A DNA stretch of 64,000 nt from an uncultured delta proteobacterium (GCA_963751525.1 CAVVUQ010000005.1:10153-74152), one strand, 5' to 3'; counted from the first letter of the stretch, positions 21,273 to 34,662 are shown. Notes: generated from the sequence alone by a model not told the origin. A program made the numbers and translations.

Positions 21273-21641
21273 ATGATTCAGATGCAATCCATGCTTGACG
21301 TGGCAGACAACTCCGGTGCCCGGAGACTCTGCTGCATCAAGGTCCTTGGCGGTTCGAAGCGCAAGTACGCGGGGATCGGCGATGTCATCATCTGCTCGGT
21401 CAAGGAAGCCATCCCCAATTCGAGGGTGAAAAAGGGTGATGTGGTGCGTGCGGTGATCGTGCGTACGGCCAAGGAAGTGGCGCGTCCCGACGGGTCGTAC
21501 ATCCGCTTCGACAACAACTCGGCGGTCGTCGTCAGTGCGACCGGTGAGCCGGTTGGCACCCGCATCTTTGGTCCGGTGGCCCGCGAACTGCGTGCCAAAA
21601 AATTTATGAAAATCGTCTCGCTGGCCCCGGAAGTCCTCTAG
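21273..21641 (+). CDS. rplN: 50S ribosomal protein L14
   Basis: [17 protein letters not shown]. Confidence 0.98.
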   Translation: MIQMQSMLDVADNSGARRLCCIKVLGGSKRKYAGIGDVIICSVKEAIPNSRVKKGDVVRAVIVRTAKEVARPDGSYIRFDNNSAVVVSATGEPVGTRIFGPVARELRAKKFMKIVSLAPEVL

Positions 21642-21662
21642 GCCGTTGGGAGAATGAGAGCC

Positions 21663-21992
21663 ATGGCAGTCAAGAAGTTGCATGTCAAAAAAGCGGACCT
21701 GGTGATGGTTATTGCCGGGAAGGAGAAGGGGAAGAGCGGCAAGGTCCTGCGCGTAATCCCCGAGCGCGGCAAGGTTCTGGTTGAAAGCCTGAACATCGTC
21801 AAGCGCCATACGCGGCCAGCCCGGGGCGGTTCCGGCGGGGGGATCCTCGAGAAGGAAGCGCCGCTCGATGCCTCCAATGTGCAACTGCTGTGCAAGGGCT
21901 GCAACAAACCGGCTCGTTCCGGAATCCGGGTGCTGGAAGATGGCAGCAAGGTGCGCTATTGCAAGAAGTGCAACGAGCTCCTGGACAAGTAG
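21663..21992 (+). CDS. rplX: 50S ribosomal protein L24 (with a C-terminal CxxC...CxxC)
   Basis: KOW motif [15 protein letters not shown]. The ATG at 21663 has better RBS spacing than the track start at 21654. Confidence 0.93.
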   Translation: MAVKKLHVKKADLVMVIAGKEKGKSGKVLRVIPERGKVLVESLNIVKRHTRPARGGSGGGILEKEAPLDASNVQLLCKGCNKPARSGIRVLEDGSKVRYCKKCNELLDK

Positions 21993-22003
21993 GGAGGATT
22001 TCC

Positions 22004-22558
22004 ATGGCTAGGCTAAAAGAACAATATCTAAGTGAGTTCGCTCCCAAGTTGCTCAAGGAGCTGCAGCTCAAGAACGTGATGGAAGTCCCCCGGGTCGAAA
22101 AGGTCGTCATCAACATGGGCCTGGGCGAAGCCATCCAGAACATCAAGGTACTCGAGTCGGCGGTGGAAGAGCTCTCCCGCATCACTGGCCAGAAGGCCGT
22201 GATCACCAAGGCCAAGCGCTCCATCGCGACCTTCAAGCTGCGCGAGGGGATGCCGATCGGCTGCATGGTGACCCTGCGCCGCGAGCGGGCTTACGAGTTT
22301 CTCGATCGCCTGATCAATGTGGCGCTCCCCCGCGTCCGCGACTTCAAGGGGGTTTCGCCCAAGGGATTCGACGGTCGTGGCAACTACACGCTGGGGATCC
22401 GCGAGCAGTTGATCTTTCCGGAGATCGATATCGAGAAGATCGACAAGGTCAAGGGGATGAACATCTCCATCGTCACCAGCGCGCGTACCGACGAAGAAGG
22501 GCGAGCCCTGCTTGCCACTCTCGGCATGCCGTTCCGGAAACAGACTGCAGCAGCCTAG
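22004..22558 (+). CDS. rplE: 50S ribosomal protein L5
   Basis: The ATG at 22004 gives [16 protein letters not shown], inside track ORF 21890-22558. Confidence 0.96.
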   Translation: MARLKEQYLSEFAPKLLKELQLKNVMEVPRVEKVVINMGLGEAIQNIKVLESAVEELSRITGQKAVITKAKRSIATFKLREGMPIGCMVTLRRERAYEFLDRLINVALPRVRDFKGVSPKGFDGRGNYTLGIREQLIFPEIDIEKIDKVKGMNISIVTSARTDEEGRALLATLGMPFRKQTAAA

Positions 22559-22570
22559 CGGAGGATTATT

Positions 22571-22756
22571 GTGGCAAAGAAATCGATGCGCATCAAGGCC
22601 GCCCGGCCGGCGAAGTTCAAGGTGAGACAGTACAACCGTTGTCCGATCTGCGGTCGGCCGCGGGCCTACTATCGGAAATTCGATATGTGCAGGATCTGCC
22701 TGCGCAAGCTGGCCTCCCAGGGGAAACTCCCGGGTGTGGTCAAGTCCAGCTGGTAA
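22571..22756 (+). CDS. rpsN: 30S ribosomal protein S14, type Z (zinc form)
   Basis: 61 aa with [20 protein letters not shown]. Confidence 0.96.
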   Translation: MAKKSMRIKAARPAKFKVRQYNRCPICGRPRAYYRKFDMCRICLRKLASQGKLPGVVKSSW

Positions 22757-22779
22757 CCGGTCGATAAGGAGCAGTTTCC

Positions 22780-23178
22780 ATGGGTATGACGGATCCAATC
22801 GCTGACATGCTGACCCGCATTCGCAATGCGGGGATGGCCAAGCACCCCAAGGTCGACATCCCGTCGTCCAATCTGAAGATCGCGGTCGCCACCGTGCTGA
22901 AGAACCTCGGCTATGTCAGGAACTTCAAGGTGATTACCGACGACCGGCAGGGCGTCTTGCGGGTCTACCTCAAGTACGATAGCAACAACCAGTCGGTGAT
23001 TCATGAAATCACTCGCGTCTCTACGCCGGGTCGCCGCGTCTACGTGGCCACGGAGGAGATTCCGCGGGTCAAGAACGGGATTGGTGCCGCCATTCTGTCG
23101 ACCTCCCAGGGGGTGATGGATGACGGAGCAGCCCGTGCCGCGGCGGTTGGCGGCGAGTTGCTTTGCACCATCTGGTAG
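22780..23178 (+). CDS. rpsH: 30S ribosomal protein S8
   Basis: [15 protein letters not shown]. Confidence 0.97.
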   Translation: MGMTDPIADMLTRIRNAGMAKHPKVDIPSSNLKIAVATVLKNLGYVRNFKVITDDRQGVLRVYLKYDSNNQSVIHEITRVSTPGRRVYVATEEIPRVKNGIGAAILSTSQGVMDDGAARAAAVGGELLCTIW

Positions 23179-23210
23179 TGGAAACAAACCTGTTGGAGGA
23201 GACGAATACG

Positions 23211-23750
23211 ATGTCGCGCATCGGCAAAAAACCGATTATCATCCCCGCCGGGGTCAAGGTTGCCATCAACGGCCTGACCGTAAAGGTCGAGGGGCCGAAA
23301 GGCCGGCTCGAGCGGGAATTGCATGACCAGGTGGATGTCTGTCTGGAGGCTGATCAGATTCAGGTCAGCCCCAAAAACACCAAGGCCGGCGGCGCCCTGC
23401 AGGGACTGACCCGCACCCTGGTGGCCAATATGGTCGAAGGGGTCACCAAGGGGTTCAGCAAGGGACTCGAGATCAACGGCGTGGGCTACCGTGCCGAGCT
23501 CAAGGGGACGATGCTCAACCTGGCCCTCGGCTATTCCCACCCGGTCGAGTATCCCCTCCCTGCCGGGGTGAGTGCCGAAGTCGAAAAGCAGACCAAGATC
23601 ACCCTGACGGGGATCGACAAGGAGTTGGTGGGAGCGACCGCCGCCAAGATCCGTTCCTTCCGCCCGCCCGAGCCGTACAAGGGGAAGGGGATCAAGTATG
23701 CTGATGAGCGCATCCTGCGCAAGGCCGGCAAGGCCGGCGCCAAGAAGTAA
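23211..23750 (+). CDS. rplF: 50S ribosomal protein L6
   Basis: The ATG at 23211 gives [15 protein letters not shown]. Confidence 0.96.
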   Translation: MSRIGKKPIIIPAGVKVAINGLTVKVEGPKGRLERELHDQVDVCLEADQIQVSPKNTKAGGALQGLTRTLVANMVEGVTKGFSKGLEINGVGYRAELKGTMLNLALGYSHPVEYPLPAGVSAEVEKQTKITLTGIDKELVGATAAKIRSFRPPEPYKGKGIKYADERILRKAGKAGAKK

Positions 23751-23758
23751 GTGACGAG

Positions 23759-24136
23759 GTGAGTATCGTGAACGTCGCGAAAGAACGGCGGGAGGCCCGC
23801 CAGAAACGCCAGGTGCGTGTGCGCCGCAAGGTGCAGGGATCCCAGGAGCGCCCGCGGCTGTGCGTCTTCCGCAGCGCCCGGCACATCTATGCCCAGATCA
23901 TCGAAGATACCACCGGGACGACGCTGGTTTCGGTGTCAACCGTGGTCAAGGACGTCAGCGGCGACCTGAAGGTGTGTGGCAACGTGGAAGCTGCCAAGCT
24001 GGTCGGCAAGAAGATTGCCGAACGGGCTCTGGCTAAAAATATCACGCAGGTGGTCTTCGATCGTAACGGGTTTCTGTACCATGGCCGGGTCAAGGCCCTG
24101 GCCGATGCAGCCCGCGAAGCCGGTCTGTCTTTCTGA
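23759..24136 (+). CDS. rplR: 50S ribosomal protein L18
   Basis: 125-aa ORF with a basic N-terminus and [24 protein letters not shown]. Confidence 0.96.
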   Translation: MSIVNVAKERREARQKRQVRVRRKVQGSQERPRLCVFRSARHIYAQIIEDTTGTTLVSVSTVVKDVSGDLKVCGNVEAAKLVGKKIAERALAKNITQVVFDRNGFLYHGRVKALADAAREAGLSF

Positions 24137-24153
24137 GCCCATAGGAGGCGAGC

Positions 24154-24657
24154 TTGCAGCGCGTTGATACCAGCGAAAGCAATATTCTCGATCGCGTCAT
24201 CCATATCAGTCGTACCGCCAAGGTCGTCAAGGGGGGCCGGCGTTTCAGCTTCTCTGCACTGGTCGTGGTCGGTGACGGCGCCGGCAAGGTTGGCTACGGC
24301 CTGGGCAAGGCCCGCGAGGTGCCGGAGGCGATCCGCAAGGGTGTCGAGCAGGCGAAGAAGAGCATGATCTCGGTGCCGCGCCAGGGAACCACCATCCCTT
24401 ACGACGTTCTCGGCAAGTTCGGCGCCGGCAAGGTGCTGCTGAAGCCCGCCTCGCAGGGGACCGGCGTCATCGCCGGCGGTGCGACCCGCGCCATTCTCGA
24501 GGTTGCCGGGATCAGCGACATTCTTTCCAAATGTCTCGGTTCCAACAACCCGCACAACGTGGTCAAGGCGACCATGCGGGCTCTGCTGCTTTTGCAGGAT
24601 CCCGAGGTCATCATGGCGCGTCGCGGCCTCGCCGATGGCGAGGACGACAACGCCTGA
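24154..24657 (+). CDS. rpsE: 30S ribosomal protein S5
   Basis: TTG start. [22 protein letters not shown]. Confidence 0.96.
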   Translation: MQRVDTSESNILDRVIHISRTAKVVKGGRRFSFSALVVVGDGAGKVGYGLGKAREVPEAIRKGVEQAKKSMISVPRQGTTIPYDVLGKFGAGKVLLKPASQGTGVIAGGATRAILEVAGISDILSKCLGSNNPHNVVKATMRALLLLQDPEVIMARRGLADGEDDNA

Positions 24658-24664
24658 AACGGAG

Positions 24665-24847
24665 ATGGCAATGGCTGACATCAAGGTAACCCTCAAACGC
24701 AGCGGGATCGGCCGCGACAAGTACTTCACCAGGGTTCTCCATGGGCTTGGCCTGCGGCGGCTCAACCAGACGGTGACGCTGCAGGATACTCCCGAAATCC
24801 GCGGCATGATCAACAAGGTGTCCCACCTTGTGAGTGTCGAGCAATAA
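24665..24847 (+). CDS. rpmD: 50S ribosomal protein L30
   Basis: [32 protein letters not shown], read from within track ORF 24479-24847. The start is 24665 or 24671. Confidence 0.92.
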   Translation: MAMADIKVTLKRSGIGRDKYFTRVLHGLGLRRLNQTVTLQDTPEIRGMINKVSHLVSVEQ

Positions 24848-24866
24848 GCACGAAGGACAGATGACC

Positions 24867-25307
24867 ATGGATCTCAGCAATCTCCAGCCGGCACTCGGCT
24901 CGCACCGTGACAGAAAACGCATCGGCCGGGGCCATGGCTCCGGTACCGGCAAGACTTCTGGCAAGGGGCACAAGGGGCAGAAGGCTCGTTCCGGCGGCAG
25001 CATCAAGGCCGGTTTTGAAGGCGGGCAGATGCCTCTGCAGCGCCGCCTGCCGAAGCGTGGCTTCAATCCGCTCAGCCGCAAGGAGTACGCGCTGGTCAAC
25101 CTGCGCGACCTCGAGCTGTTCGAGGCCGGCAGCGTGGTCGACATCGAGGCCCTCGGCAAGGCCGGGCTGGTCGGGCAGCTCAAGGACGGAATCAAGATCC
25201 TGGGCGACGGTGACCTGTCCAAGGCCCTGACCGTGAAAGCCCACAAGTTCAGCCAGTCGGCCCAGGACAAGATCGTCGCGGCCGGCGGCACGGTGGAGGT
25301 TCTGTAG
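24867..25307 (+). CDS. rplO: 50S ribosomal protein L15
   Basis: [22 protein letters not shown]. The track ORF starts at 24834, and starts at 24861 or 24867 are more plausible. Confidence 0.93.
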   Translation: MDLSNLQPALGSHRDRKRIGRGHGSGTGKTSGKGHKGQKARSGGSIKAGFEGGQMPLQRRLPKRGFNPLSRKEYALVNLRDLELFEAGSVVDIEALGKAGLVGQLKDGIKILGDGDLSKALTVKAHKFSQSAQDKIVAAGGTVEVL

Positions 25308-25309
25308 CC

Positions 25310-26620
25310 TTGTTCGCCAAGATCCAGACAGTCTTCAGCATTCCGGAGTTGCGCCGCCGGATCCTCTTCACCCTGGGGATGCTGGCGGTCTACCGGGTTG
25401 GCTGCCATGTGCCGCTGCCAGGGGTCGACCGCGCCGTTCTGGCGCAGTTTTTTCAGGGGACCGAAGGGACGCTGCTGGGACTGGTCAGTTCGTTCACCGG
25501 TGGCGCCCTCGAGCGCATGACGGTCTTCGCCCTCGGCATCATGCCGTACATCAGCGCCTCGATCATCCTGCAGCTGCTCACGGTGGTCTGGGAGCCGGTG
25601 GAGCGGATGGCCAAGGAAGGCGAGCAGGGACGCAAGACCATCACCCGCTGGACCCGCTACGGTACGGTCGTGCTGTCAATCATCCAGGGAACCGGCATCG
25701 CCTTCGGCCTGCAGAGCATGCGCGGGCCGGCCGGTGAGCCGGTGGTCCATCTCCAGGGGATCGGCTTTGTCGTGCTCAGTGTCATCACTCTGACTGCCGG
25801 CACGGCCTTCATCATGTGGCTTGGCGAGCAGATCACCGAGCGCGGTATCGGCAACGGCATCTCCCTGATCATTTTCGCCGGGATTGTTGCGGAGATCCCC
25901 GGTGCGCTGGTTAACAGCATCCGCCTGCTCAAGACCGGGGCGCTGTCGCCAGCGGTCCTGCTGATGATCCTGGCCCTGATGGTGGCGGTCATCTGGGCGG
26001 TGGTGTTCATGGAACGCGGTCAGCGCCGGGTGCCGATCCACTACGCCAAGCGGGTGGTCGGCGCGCGCAGCATGGGCGGGCAGAGCAGCCATCTGCCGCT
26101 GAAGATCAACATGAGCGGGGTCATCCCGCCGATCTTCGCCAGTTCGATCATGATGTTCCCCAGTACCATCGCGGCCTTCGTCGATGTCCCCTGGGTGCAG
26201 ACCTTCGCCGGCATGATGACCCCGGACCACTGGCTCTACAACCTGTGCTTCGTGGCGTTCATCGTCTTCTTCTGCTACTTCTACACGGCGATCACCTTCA
26301 ACCCCGCGGATGTGGCCGAGAACGTCAAGAAGCACGGCGGCTACATTCCCGGCGTGCGCCCCGGCGCGCCGACGGCCGAATACCTCGACACCGTGCTTGG
26401 CCGGCTGACCTTCGCCGGTGCTATCTACATCTCGGCCGTCTGCGTGCTGCCGACCGTGCTGATCGGGCAGTTCAACCTGCCCTTCTACTTCGGCGGCACC
26501 TCGCTGCTGATCCTGGTCGGGGTCGGCATGGATACCGCCTCGCAGATCGAAGCACACCTGATCTCCCGTTCCTACGAAGGGTTCATGAAGGGCGTGACGA
26601 TCAAGGGACGCCGCGGTTAG
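25310..26620 (+). CDS. secY: preprotein translocase subunit SecY
   Basis: 436-aa multi-pass membrane protein in the spc-operon position. TTG start. Confidence 0.97.
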   Translation: MFAKIQTVFSIPELRRRILFTLGMLAVYRVGCHVPLPGVDRAVLAQFFQGTEGTLLGLVSSFTGGALERMTVFALGIMPYISASIILQLLTVVWEPVERMAKEGEQGRKTITRWTRYGTVVLSIIQGTGIAFGLQSMRGPAGEPVVHLQGIGFVVLSVITLTAGTAFIMWLGEQITERGIGNGISLIIFAGIVAEIPGALVNSIRLLKTGALSPAVLLMILALMVAVIWAVVFMERGQRRVPIHYAKRVVGARSMGGQSSHLPLKINMSGVIPPIFASSIMMFPSTIAAFVDVPWVQTFAGMMTPDHWLYNLCFVAFIVFFCYFYTAITFNPADVAENVKKHGGYIPGVRPGAPTAEYLDTVLGRLTFAGAIYISAVCVLPTVLIGQFNLPFYFGGTSLLILVGVGMDTASQIEAHLISRSYEGFMKGVTIKGRRG

Positions 26621-26635
26621 GCGCGGCAAGTCGTA

Positions 26636-27283
26636 ATGGATTTGATCTTGCTTGGCCCGCCGGGGGCCGGCAAAGGCACCCAGGCCAAGATGCTGACCGA
26701 GCATTTCGGGATTCCGCAGATCGCTACCGGCGACATCCTGCGGGGGGCGGTGCAGGCAGGGAGTGCGCTGGGGCTCAAGGCCAAGGGGTTCATGGACGCC
26801 GGGCTGCTGGTCCCCGACGAGGTGGTCATCGGTATCGTCCGCGAGCGTCTCCTGCAGGAAGATTGCCGGGCGGGCTTCATCCTCGACGGTTTTCCGCGAA
26901 CCGTTGCCCAGGCAGACGCCCTGCAGAGTAATCTGGCCGAACTCGGCCGGCGGTTGGATCGGGTCGTTTCGCTGACGGTCAATGCCGATGCCCTGGTGGA
27001 GCGGTTGACCGGGCGGCGGACCTGTCGCAGTTGCGGACGTGGTTTTCACCTGACCTTCGATCCGTCCAAGGTTGCCGGACGGTGCGATGCTTGCGGTGGC
27101 GAACTCTACCAGCGCGACGATGATCGCGAGGAGACGATCCGCAAACGCCTGACGGTCTATGCGCAGCAGACCGCGCCACTGATCGATTATTACCGGGGTG
27201 CCAAGTTGCTGGTTGAGTTGGATGGCATGCAGGCCATTCCGGTGGTTCAGGAGCAAGTGCTGAGCGCACTGCAGGCGGGTTGA
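26636..27283 (+). CDS. adk: adenylate kinase (Cys4 zinc lid)
   Basis: GPPGAGKGTQ P-loop. Lid CRSCGRGFH...CDACGGEL. Confidence 0.97.
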   Translation: MDLILLGPPGAGKGTQAKMLTEHFGIPQIATGDILRGAVQAGSALGLKAKGFMDAGLLVPDEVVIGIVRERLLQEDCRAGFILDGFPRTVAQADALQSNLAELGRRLDRVVSLTVNADALVERLTGRRTCRSCGRGFHLTFDPSKVAGRCDACGGELYQRDDDREETIRKRLTVYAQQTAPLIDYYRGAKLLVELDGMQAIPVVQEQVLSALQAG

Positions 27284-27284
27284 G

Positions 27285-28031
27285 GTGATCGTCCTCAAAA
27301 GCGCCGCTGAGTTGATGAAAATGCGTGCGGCCGGCCGGATCGTTGCCGAGATCCTGGCCTTGCTCGAGACGCTGGTCAAGCCGGGAACGACGACCGCAGA
27401 ACTTGATCAACTGGCCGAGAGAGAATGTTTGCGCCACGGGGCGAAGCCGGCATTCAAGGGCTACGGAGGTTTCCCCTACGCAATCTGTGCCTCGCCCAAC
27501 GATCGGGTGGTCCATGGTTTCCCTGATCAGCGCCCCCTGGCCGAGGGGGACATCCTGAGCATCGACTTCGGGGTGGTCTATCAGGGGTACTTCGGTGATG
27601 CGGCGATCACCGTGCCGGTGGGCAGGATTGACGAGGCCACGGCAAAACTGGTGAATGCGACCCGCGAGTCGCTGGGCCGGGCGATCGAAGCATCGGTTCC
27701 CGGCGGCCGACTCTCGGACATCTCGCATGCCGTGCAGTCCTGGGTCGAACCCCGCGGTTTCAGCGTGGTTCGCGAGTTCGTCGGTCACGGTATCGGCCGG
27801 CAGCTGCACGAAGCCCCGCAGTTGCCTAATTTCGGGGCATCCGGCCAGGGGCCCCGGCTGAAGCCGGGAATGACGCTGGCTATCGAGCCGATGATCAATG
27901 CCGGGGTGCCCGGCGTGAAAATACTGGAAGATGGTTGGACCGCGGTGACTCAGGATGGCAAGCGGTCGGCCCACTTTGAACACACCGTCGCCATTACCGA
28001 ACACGGCCCGGAAATCCTGACCCGGGCCTGA
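27285..28031 (+). CDS. map: type I methionine aminopeptidase
   Basis: GTG start. Metal-ligand context [20 protein letters not shown] and FEHTV. Confidence 0.96.
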   Translation: MIVLKSAAELMKMRAAGRIVAEILALLETLVKPGTTTAELDQLAERECLRHGAKPAFKGYGGFPYAICASPNDRVVHGFPDQRPLAEGDILSIDFGVVYQGYFGDAAITVPVGRIDEATAKLVNATRESLGRAIEASVPGGRLSDISHAVQSWVEPRGFSVVREFVGHGIGRQLHEAPQLPNFGASGQGPRLKPGMTLAIEPMINAGVPGVKILEDGWTAVTQDGKRSAHFEHTVAITEHGPEILTRA

Positions 28032-28086
28032 TCAGGCGACGACGCCACGGTCGGTCAACAAGCCGATCTCGACTGAGGGAAGAACC

Positions 28087-28200
28087 ATGAAAGTCCGTTC
28101 GTCGGTCAAAAGCATTTGCGACAAGTGCAAGATCATCAAGCGCAAGGGGATCGTCCGCGTTATCTGCGACAACCCCAAGCATAAACAGAGACAGGGTTAA
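28087..28200 (+). CDS. rpmJ: 50S ribosomal protein L36
   Basis: Hand-translated as [37 protein letters not shown] plus stop. Too short for the ORF track. Confidence 0.95.
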   Translation: MKVRSSVKSICDKCKIIKRKGIVRVICDNPKHKQRQG

Positions 28201-28220
28201 CCATTTAGGAGGATCGGACA

Positions 28221-28589
28221 TTGGCACGCATCGCTGGTATCGATTTGCCCAGGAACAAGCGGATCGAGATCGCCCTGACCTACATCTACGGGATCGGGCG
28301 CTCCACATCCCAAAGTATCCTTTCCAAGGCTGGTGTCAACTTTGACACCCGGTCCGACAACCTGACCGAGGATGAGATCGCCAAGATCCGCAAGATCATT
28401 GATGGCGACTGCAAGGTTGAGGGAGATCTGCGTCGCGACGTAACGATGGGGATCAAACGCCTGATGGATCTTGGCTGCTATCGGGGGCTCCGCCACCGCA
28501 GGGGACTGCCCGCACGTGGTCAGCGCACCAAAACCAACGCCCGGACCCGCAAGGGGCCGCGCAAAACCGTCGCCGGTAAGAAGAAGTAG
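28221..28589 (+). CDS. rpsM: 30S ribosomal protein S13
   Basis: TTG start. [25 protein letters not shown]. Confidence 0.97.
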   Translation: MARIAGIDLPRNKRIEIALTYIYGIGRSTSQSILSKAGVNFDTRSDNLTEDEIAKIRKIIDGDCKVEGDLRRDVTMGIKRLMDLGCYRGLRHRRGLPARGQRTKTNARTRKGPRKTVAGKKK

Positions 28590-28600
28590 GGGAGAGAACC

Positions 28601-28993
28601 ATGGCCAAACCTGGCAAGCGTGTACGTAAAAAGATTGAGCGTAAGAACATCTCGACCGGGATTGCTCATATTCAGGCGACGTTCAACAATACCATCGTAA
28701 CTATCACCGATATCAGCGGCAACGTGATTTCCTGGTCGACCTGCGGTGCCAAGGGTTTCAAGGGAAGCCGCAAAAGCACCCCGTTTGCCGCCCAGGTCGC
28801 CGCCGAGGATGCCGCCAAGAAGGCCCAGGAGCATGGCCTGCGCAGCATTGAGGTATGGGTCAAGGGCCCCGGTACCGGACGTGAGTCGGCGCTGCGGGCG
28901 CTGCAGGCGGCCGGCTTGACTGTCACCCTCATCAGGGATGTCACCCCGATTCCACACAACGGGTGCCGTCCGCCCAAGCGTAGACGCGTCTAA
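28601..28993 (+). CDS. rpsK: 30S ribosomal protein S11
   Basis: [18 protein letters not shown]. Confidence 0.97.
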   Translation: MAKPGKRVRKKIERKNISTGIAHIQATFNNTIVTITDISGNVISWSTCGAKGFKGSRKSTPFAAQVAAEDAAKKAQEHGLRSIEVWVKGPGTGRESALRALQAAGLTVTLIRDVTPIPHNGCRPPKRRRV

Positions 28994-29015
28994 CCACCAG
29001 TAAGGAGGAAATGCC

Positions 29016-29645
29016 TTGGCCAGATATACCGGTCCCGTCTGCCGCATGTGTCGGCGGGAAAATATGAAGCTGTTTCTCAAGGGCGACCGCTGCTATACCG
29101 ACAAGTGTGCGCTTGAGCGCCGCAACTATGCGCCGGGCCAGCATGGCCAGGGGCGTGTCAAGGTGACCAATTATGGTACCCAGTTGCGCGAAAAGCAGCG
29201 CGTGAAGCGCACCTACGGATTGTTGGAAAACCAGTTCCGCTCCTATTTCGAAAAAGCCGAGCGGATGAAGGGCGTGACCGGCGAGAACCTGTTGGTCCTG
29301 CTGGAACGGCGCCTCGACAGCATGGTCTACCGCATGGGCTTCGCGACGTCACGGACCGAGGCGCGTCAGTTGGTGCGTCACAGCCACTTTACGGTCAACG
29401 GCCGCAAGGTGAATGTCCCTTCCTACCTGGTTCGTCCCGGCGACGCGGTCGAGTTGCGCGAGAAGAGTCGGCAGGTGGTCCGCATCAACGAGGCACTCGA
29501 CGGCGTCATGCGCCGCGGCCTCCCCTCTTGGGTCGACGTCGACCGCACCGCCTTCAAGGGAATGGTGAAAACCCTGCCGGTCCGTGCGGAGATGACCACG
29601 CCGACCTTCCAGGAGAAGCTGATCGTCGAGCTCTATTCGAAGTAG
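29016..29645 (+). CDS. rpsD: 30S ribosomal protein S4
   Basis: TTG start. [30 protein letters not shown]. Confidence 0.97.
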   Translation: MARYTGPVCRMCRRENMKLFLKGDRCYTDKCALERRNYAPGQHGQGRVKVTNYGTQLREKQRVKRTYGLLENQFRSYFEKAERMKGVTGENLLVLLERRLDSMVYRMGFATSRTEARQLVRHSHFTVNGRKVNVPSYLVRPGDAVELREKSRQVVRINEALDGVMRRGLPSWVDVDRTAFKGMVKTLPVRAEMTTPTFQEKLIVELYSK

Positions 29646-29703
29646 TCGACAGGCTGCACCCAGGTCGGATTTACTCCCAGCAACCTCATCACGGAGGCTT
29701 CGC

Positions 29704-30720
29704 ATGCATAAAAACTGGAGCGAATTGAAAAAACCGAAAAGTCTCCAGGCTGACAAGGATACCCTGACGGCGACCTACGGGAAGTTTACCGCGGAACCGT
29801 TTGAGCGCGGCTTCGGCACCACCCTTGGCAATGCTTTGCGCCGGGTGCTGCTCTCCTCCCTGCAGGGGGCGGCGATCTCCTCGGTGCGGATCAAGGGGGT
29901 GCTGCACGAGTTCTCGACCATTCCCGGCGTGGCAGAGGATGTGACCGACATTATTCTCAACCTCAAGGGCGTGCTGATCAAACTCGACGGCGACGGTGCG
30001 CGCAACGTGCGCATTGTCAAAAAGGGAGCCGGCGTCGTCAAGGCCGGCGACATTGCCACCGATTCCCATGTCAGGATCCTCAACCCCGAACACCACATCG
30101 CCACGTGCGGCAAAGAAGCCGATATCGAGATGGAGATGGTGGTGGCGATGGGTAAGGGCTATGTTCCGGCCGAGCGTAACCGCGATGAGCGGGCACCGGT
30201 CGGCACCATCCCGGTCGATGCGCTCTTCTCGCCGATTCAGCGGGTCAACTTTACGGTCAGCAACGCCCGTGTCGAGAACGTCACCGACTACGACAAACTG
30301 GTGATGGAAATCTGGACCGACGGCAGCGTCAAGCCGGACGATGCGCTGGCCTATGCCGCCAAGATCGTCAAGGATCAGGCGCAGCTCTTCATCAACTTCG
30401 AGGAAGGGTTGACCACGGTCGGCGCTGGTCCCGGCGAGAGCCCGGAACCGCCCAACGCCAACCTTTACCGGCCGGTCGAGGAACTTGAACTGTCGGTACG
30501 CAGCGCCAACTGCCTGAAGAACGCCAACATTCGCCTGATTGGCGAACTGGTGCAGAGGTCTGAGGCCGAGATGCTCAAAACGCAGAATTTCGGTCGCAAA
30601 TCGCTCAACGAAATCAAGGATATCCTGGCTGAAATGGGGCTGGGGCTCGGGATAAGCCTGGAGAACTTCCCGGATCCCGAATATCTTAAGATGCTGCAGA
30701 AGAGCGAGGAAGAGCTGTAA
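29704..30720 (+). CDS. rpoA: DNA-directed RNA polymerase subunit alpha
   Basis: 338 aa. C-terminal domain motif [17 protein letters not shown]. Confidence 0.97.
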   Translation: MHKNWSELKKPKSLQADKDTLTATYGKFTAEPFERGFGTTLGNALRRVLLSSLQGAAISSVRIKGVLHEFSTIPGVAEDVTDIILNLKGVLIKLDGDGARNVRIVKKGAGVVKAGDIATDSHVRILNPEHHIATCGKEADIEMEMVVAMGKGYVPAERNRDERAPVGTIPVDALFSPIQRVNFTVSNARVENVTDYDKLVMEIWTDGSVKPDDALAYAAKIVKDQAQLFINFEEGLTTVGAGPGESPEPPNANLYRPVEELELSVRSANCLKNANIRLIGELVQRSEAEMLKTQNFGRKSLNEIKDILAEMGLGLGISLENFPDPEYLKMLQKSEEEL

Positions 30721-30767
30721 GCTGACTTGCTTCATGCCAGGCTGGTAACCGAAAGGAACAGAACACC

Positions 30768-31298
30768 ATGCGCCATCGTAATTCCGGCAAGCGGTTGGGC
30801 CGCAACACCAGCCACCGCAAAGCCATGCTGCGCAACATGGTCACATCCCTGTTGGAGCACGAGAAGATCACCACCACCGATGCCCGCGCCAAGGAACTGC
30901 GGCCGCTTGCGGAAAAGCTGATTACCCTTGCCAAGCGTGGCGATCTGCATGCCCGCCGTCAGGTGACCGAGGTGGTCCGTGATAGCAAGACCGTGGCCAA
31001 GCTGTTCGAGCGGCTCGCCCCCCGCTTTGCCGATCGTCCCGGCGGCTACACGCGGATCATCAAACTGGGCCATCGTCTCGGTGACAACGCCGCGCTCTCC
31101 CTGATCGCTCTGGTTGAGGAGGCGTGTGCCCCCAAGGCCAAGAAGAAAGCCCCCAAGGCGGCTCCGGTCCCGAAGGCGGCCCCCGTTCCGGTGGCTGCTC
31201 CCGTGGTCGAGGAGCCGGTGGTTGAGTCCGCTGCGGAAGCGGTGGTTGAGAGCGCTGCTGCAGAAGCCCCTGCAGAAGGTGAGCGGAAGGACGTCTGA
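30768..31298 (+). CDS. rplQ: 50S ribosomal protein L17 with an Ala/Pro/Val/Glu-rich C-terminal tail
   Basis: [21 protein letters not shown] start. 176 aa, of which about the last 57 are low-complexity. Confidence 0.96.
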   Translation: MRHRNSGKRLGRNTSHRKAMLRNMVTSLLEHEKITTTDARAKELRPLAEKLITLAKRGDLHARRQVTEVVRDSKTVAKLFERLAPRFADRPGGYTRIIKLGHRLGDNAALSLIALVEEACAPKAKKKAPKAAPVPKAAPVPVAAPVVEEPVVESAAEAVVESAAAEAPAEGERKDV

Positions 31299-31323
31299 GC
31301 CCGTTGACAATCGGATGAAAACA

Positions 31324-31355
31324 GCCGGGTGGGGATTTTCCCCGCCCGGTTTTTT
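31324..31355 (+). terminator. rho-independent terminator after rplQ
   Basis: 10-bp GC stem ccgggtgggg/ccccgcccgg with loop atttt, followed by T7. Confidence 0.85.
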
Positions 31356-31401
31356 TGTCTCCTGGCGCCGCCTGATCGATCTCCGGCAAGCGGGCCGTGC
31401 C

Positions 31402-31431
31402 TTGACGATTTGCACGGCGACGTGCTAGCTT
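31402..31431 (+). promoter_or_regulatory. candidate sigma70 promoter of the trp operon
   Basis: TTGACG (31402-31407), 18-nt spacer, TAGCTT (31426-31431), about 28 nt upstream of the trpE ATG. Confidence 0.3.
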
Positions 31432-31458
31432 AACCCACTTTTGCCGACAGGACGCAAC

Positions 31459-32939
<1,481 letters not shown>

Positions 32940-32940
32940 C

Positions 32941-33511
<571 letters not shown>

Positions 33512-33517
33512 GAGGCG

Positions 33518-33545
33518 CGAGACGAGAGGCACGAGACGAGAGGCG
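33518..33545 (+). repeat. 14-bp purine-rich tandem duplication in the trpG-trpD spacer
   Basis: cgagacgagaggca (33518-33531) followed by cgagacgagaggcg (33532-33545). Confidence 0.8.
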
Positions 33546-33550
33546 AGAAT

Positions 33551-34600
33551 ATGATCAAGGAGGCGATTGCCAAAGTCGTCGAACGTATCGATCTCACCGA
33601 AGCCGAAATGGTCGAGGTGATGGGGGAGCTCATGGGCGGGGAGGCGACCCCGGCGCAGGTGGCGGCGTTCATCACCGCGCTGCGCATGAAGGGCGAGACC
33701 ATCGCCGAGATCACCGGCGCCGCCCGGGTGATGCGCGACCGGGCCACGCCGATCCGGGTCGGGGCGGTGCTCGATCTCGACCGTGACGACATCAACCTCG
33801 ACCGCGAAACGATCCTCGATACCTGCGGCACCGGCGGCAGCGGCACCAGGAGCTTCAACATTTCGACCACGGTGGCTTTTGTCGTGGCCGCCTGCGGGGT
33901 CAAGGTCGCCAAGCACGGCAACCGCAGCGTCTCCTCGACCTGCGGCAGCGCCGACGTGCTCGAAGCCCTCGGCGTCAACCTCACAGTGACCCCGGAAAAG
34001 GTCGAGGAGTGCATCCACACCGCCGGTATCGGCTTCCTCTTCGCCCCGGCGCTGCACGGCGCGATGAAGCATGCCATCGGCCCGCGCCGCGAGATCGGCA
34101 TCCGCACCATCTTCAATCTCCTCGGCCCGCTGACCAACCCGGCTCGGGCCGATCGCCAGGTACTGGGCGTCTACCGCGCCGACCTGGTGGAAGCGTTGGG
34201 GCAGGTGCTGGCCGGACTCGGCTGTCGGCGCGGTTTCGTGGTGCATGGCGATGACGGCATGGACGAGCTGACGCTGACGGGGCCGACCCGGGTGGCGGAG
34301 ATCCGTGACGGCCGGGTGACGCTCACGACCGTTACCCCCGAACAGTTCGGTTTCCATCGGTGCGCGCTCAGCGAGCTGCAGGGGGGCGATGCGCTGCAGA
34401 ACGCGGCCATCGTCCGGGCGGTGCTCAGCGGCGAGCCTGGACCGAAGCGCGACGTCGTGCTGCTCAATGCGGCCTTCGCTCTGGTCGCTGCCGGAGTGGC
34501 TGACACGGTTGCCACCGGCATCGACCGGGCGCGCGGCGCCATCGACAGCGGCGCGGCGCGCGGCAAGCTGGAGCAGTTGGTGAGTCTGACGAATGCGTGA
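33551..34600 (+). CDS. trpD: anthranilate phosphoribosyltransferase
   Basis: DTCGTGGSG and KHGNRS motifs. 349 aa. Confidence 0.96.
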   Translation: MIKEAIAKVVERIDLTEAEMVEVMGELMGGEATPAQVAAFITALRMKGETIAEITGAARVMRDRATPIRVGAVLDLDRDDINLDRETILDTCGTGGSGTRSFNISTTVAFVVAACGVKVAKHGNRSVSSTCGSADVLEALGVNLTVTPEKVEECIHTAGIGFLFAPALHGAMKHAIGPRREIGIRTIFNLLGPLTNPARADRQVLGVYRADLVEALGQVLAGLGCRRGFVVHGDDGMDELTLTGPTRVAEIRDGRVTLTTVTPEQFGFHRCALSELQGGDALQNAAIVRAVLSGEPGPKRDVVLLNAAFALVAAGVADTVATGIDRARGAIDSGAARGKLEQLVSLTNA

Positions 34601-34604
34601 CAAT

Positions 34605-34655
34605 TGTAGGGGCGCAATTTATTGCGCCCTGGGCGTGATCAATCACGCCCCTACA
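34605..34655 (+). repeat. REP-like double-hairpin element (trpD-trpC spacer)
   Basis: Outer arms tgtagg/cctaca enclose two hairpins: gggcgcaa-ttta-ttgcgccc and gggcgtgat-ca-atcacgccc. Confidence 0.8.
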
Positions 34656-34662
34656 GGATCCC

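Noticed and set aside
28032-28086. No infA between map and rpmJ, where many bacteria encode IF-1.
   Set aside because: The gap is only 55 nt and shows no gene remnant. infA is located elsewhere in many genomes, including E. coli, so its absence here is not evidence of anything unusual.
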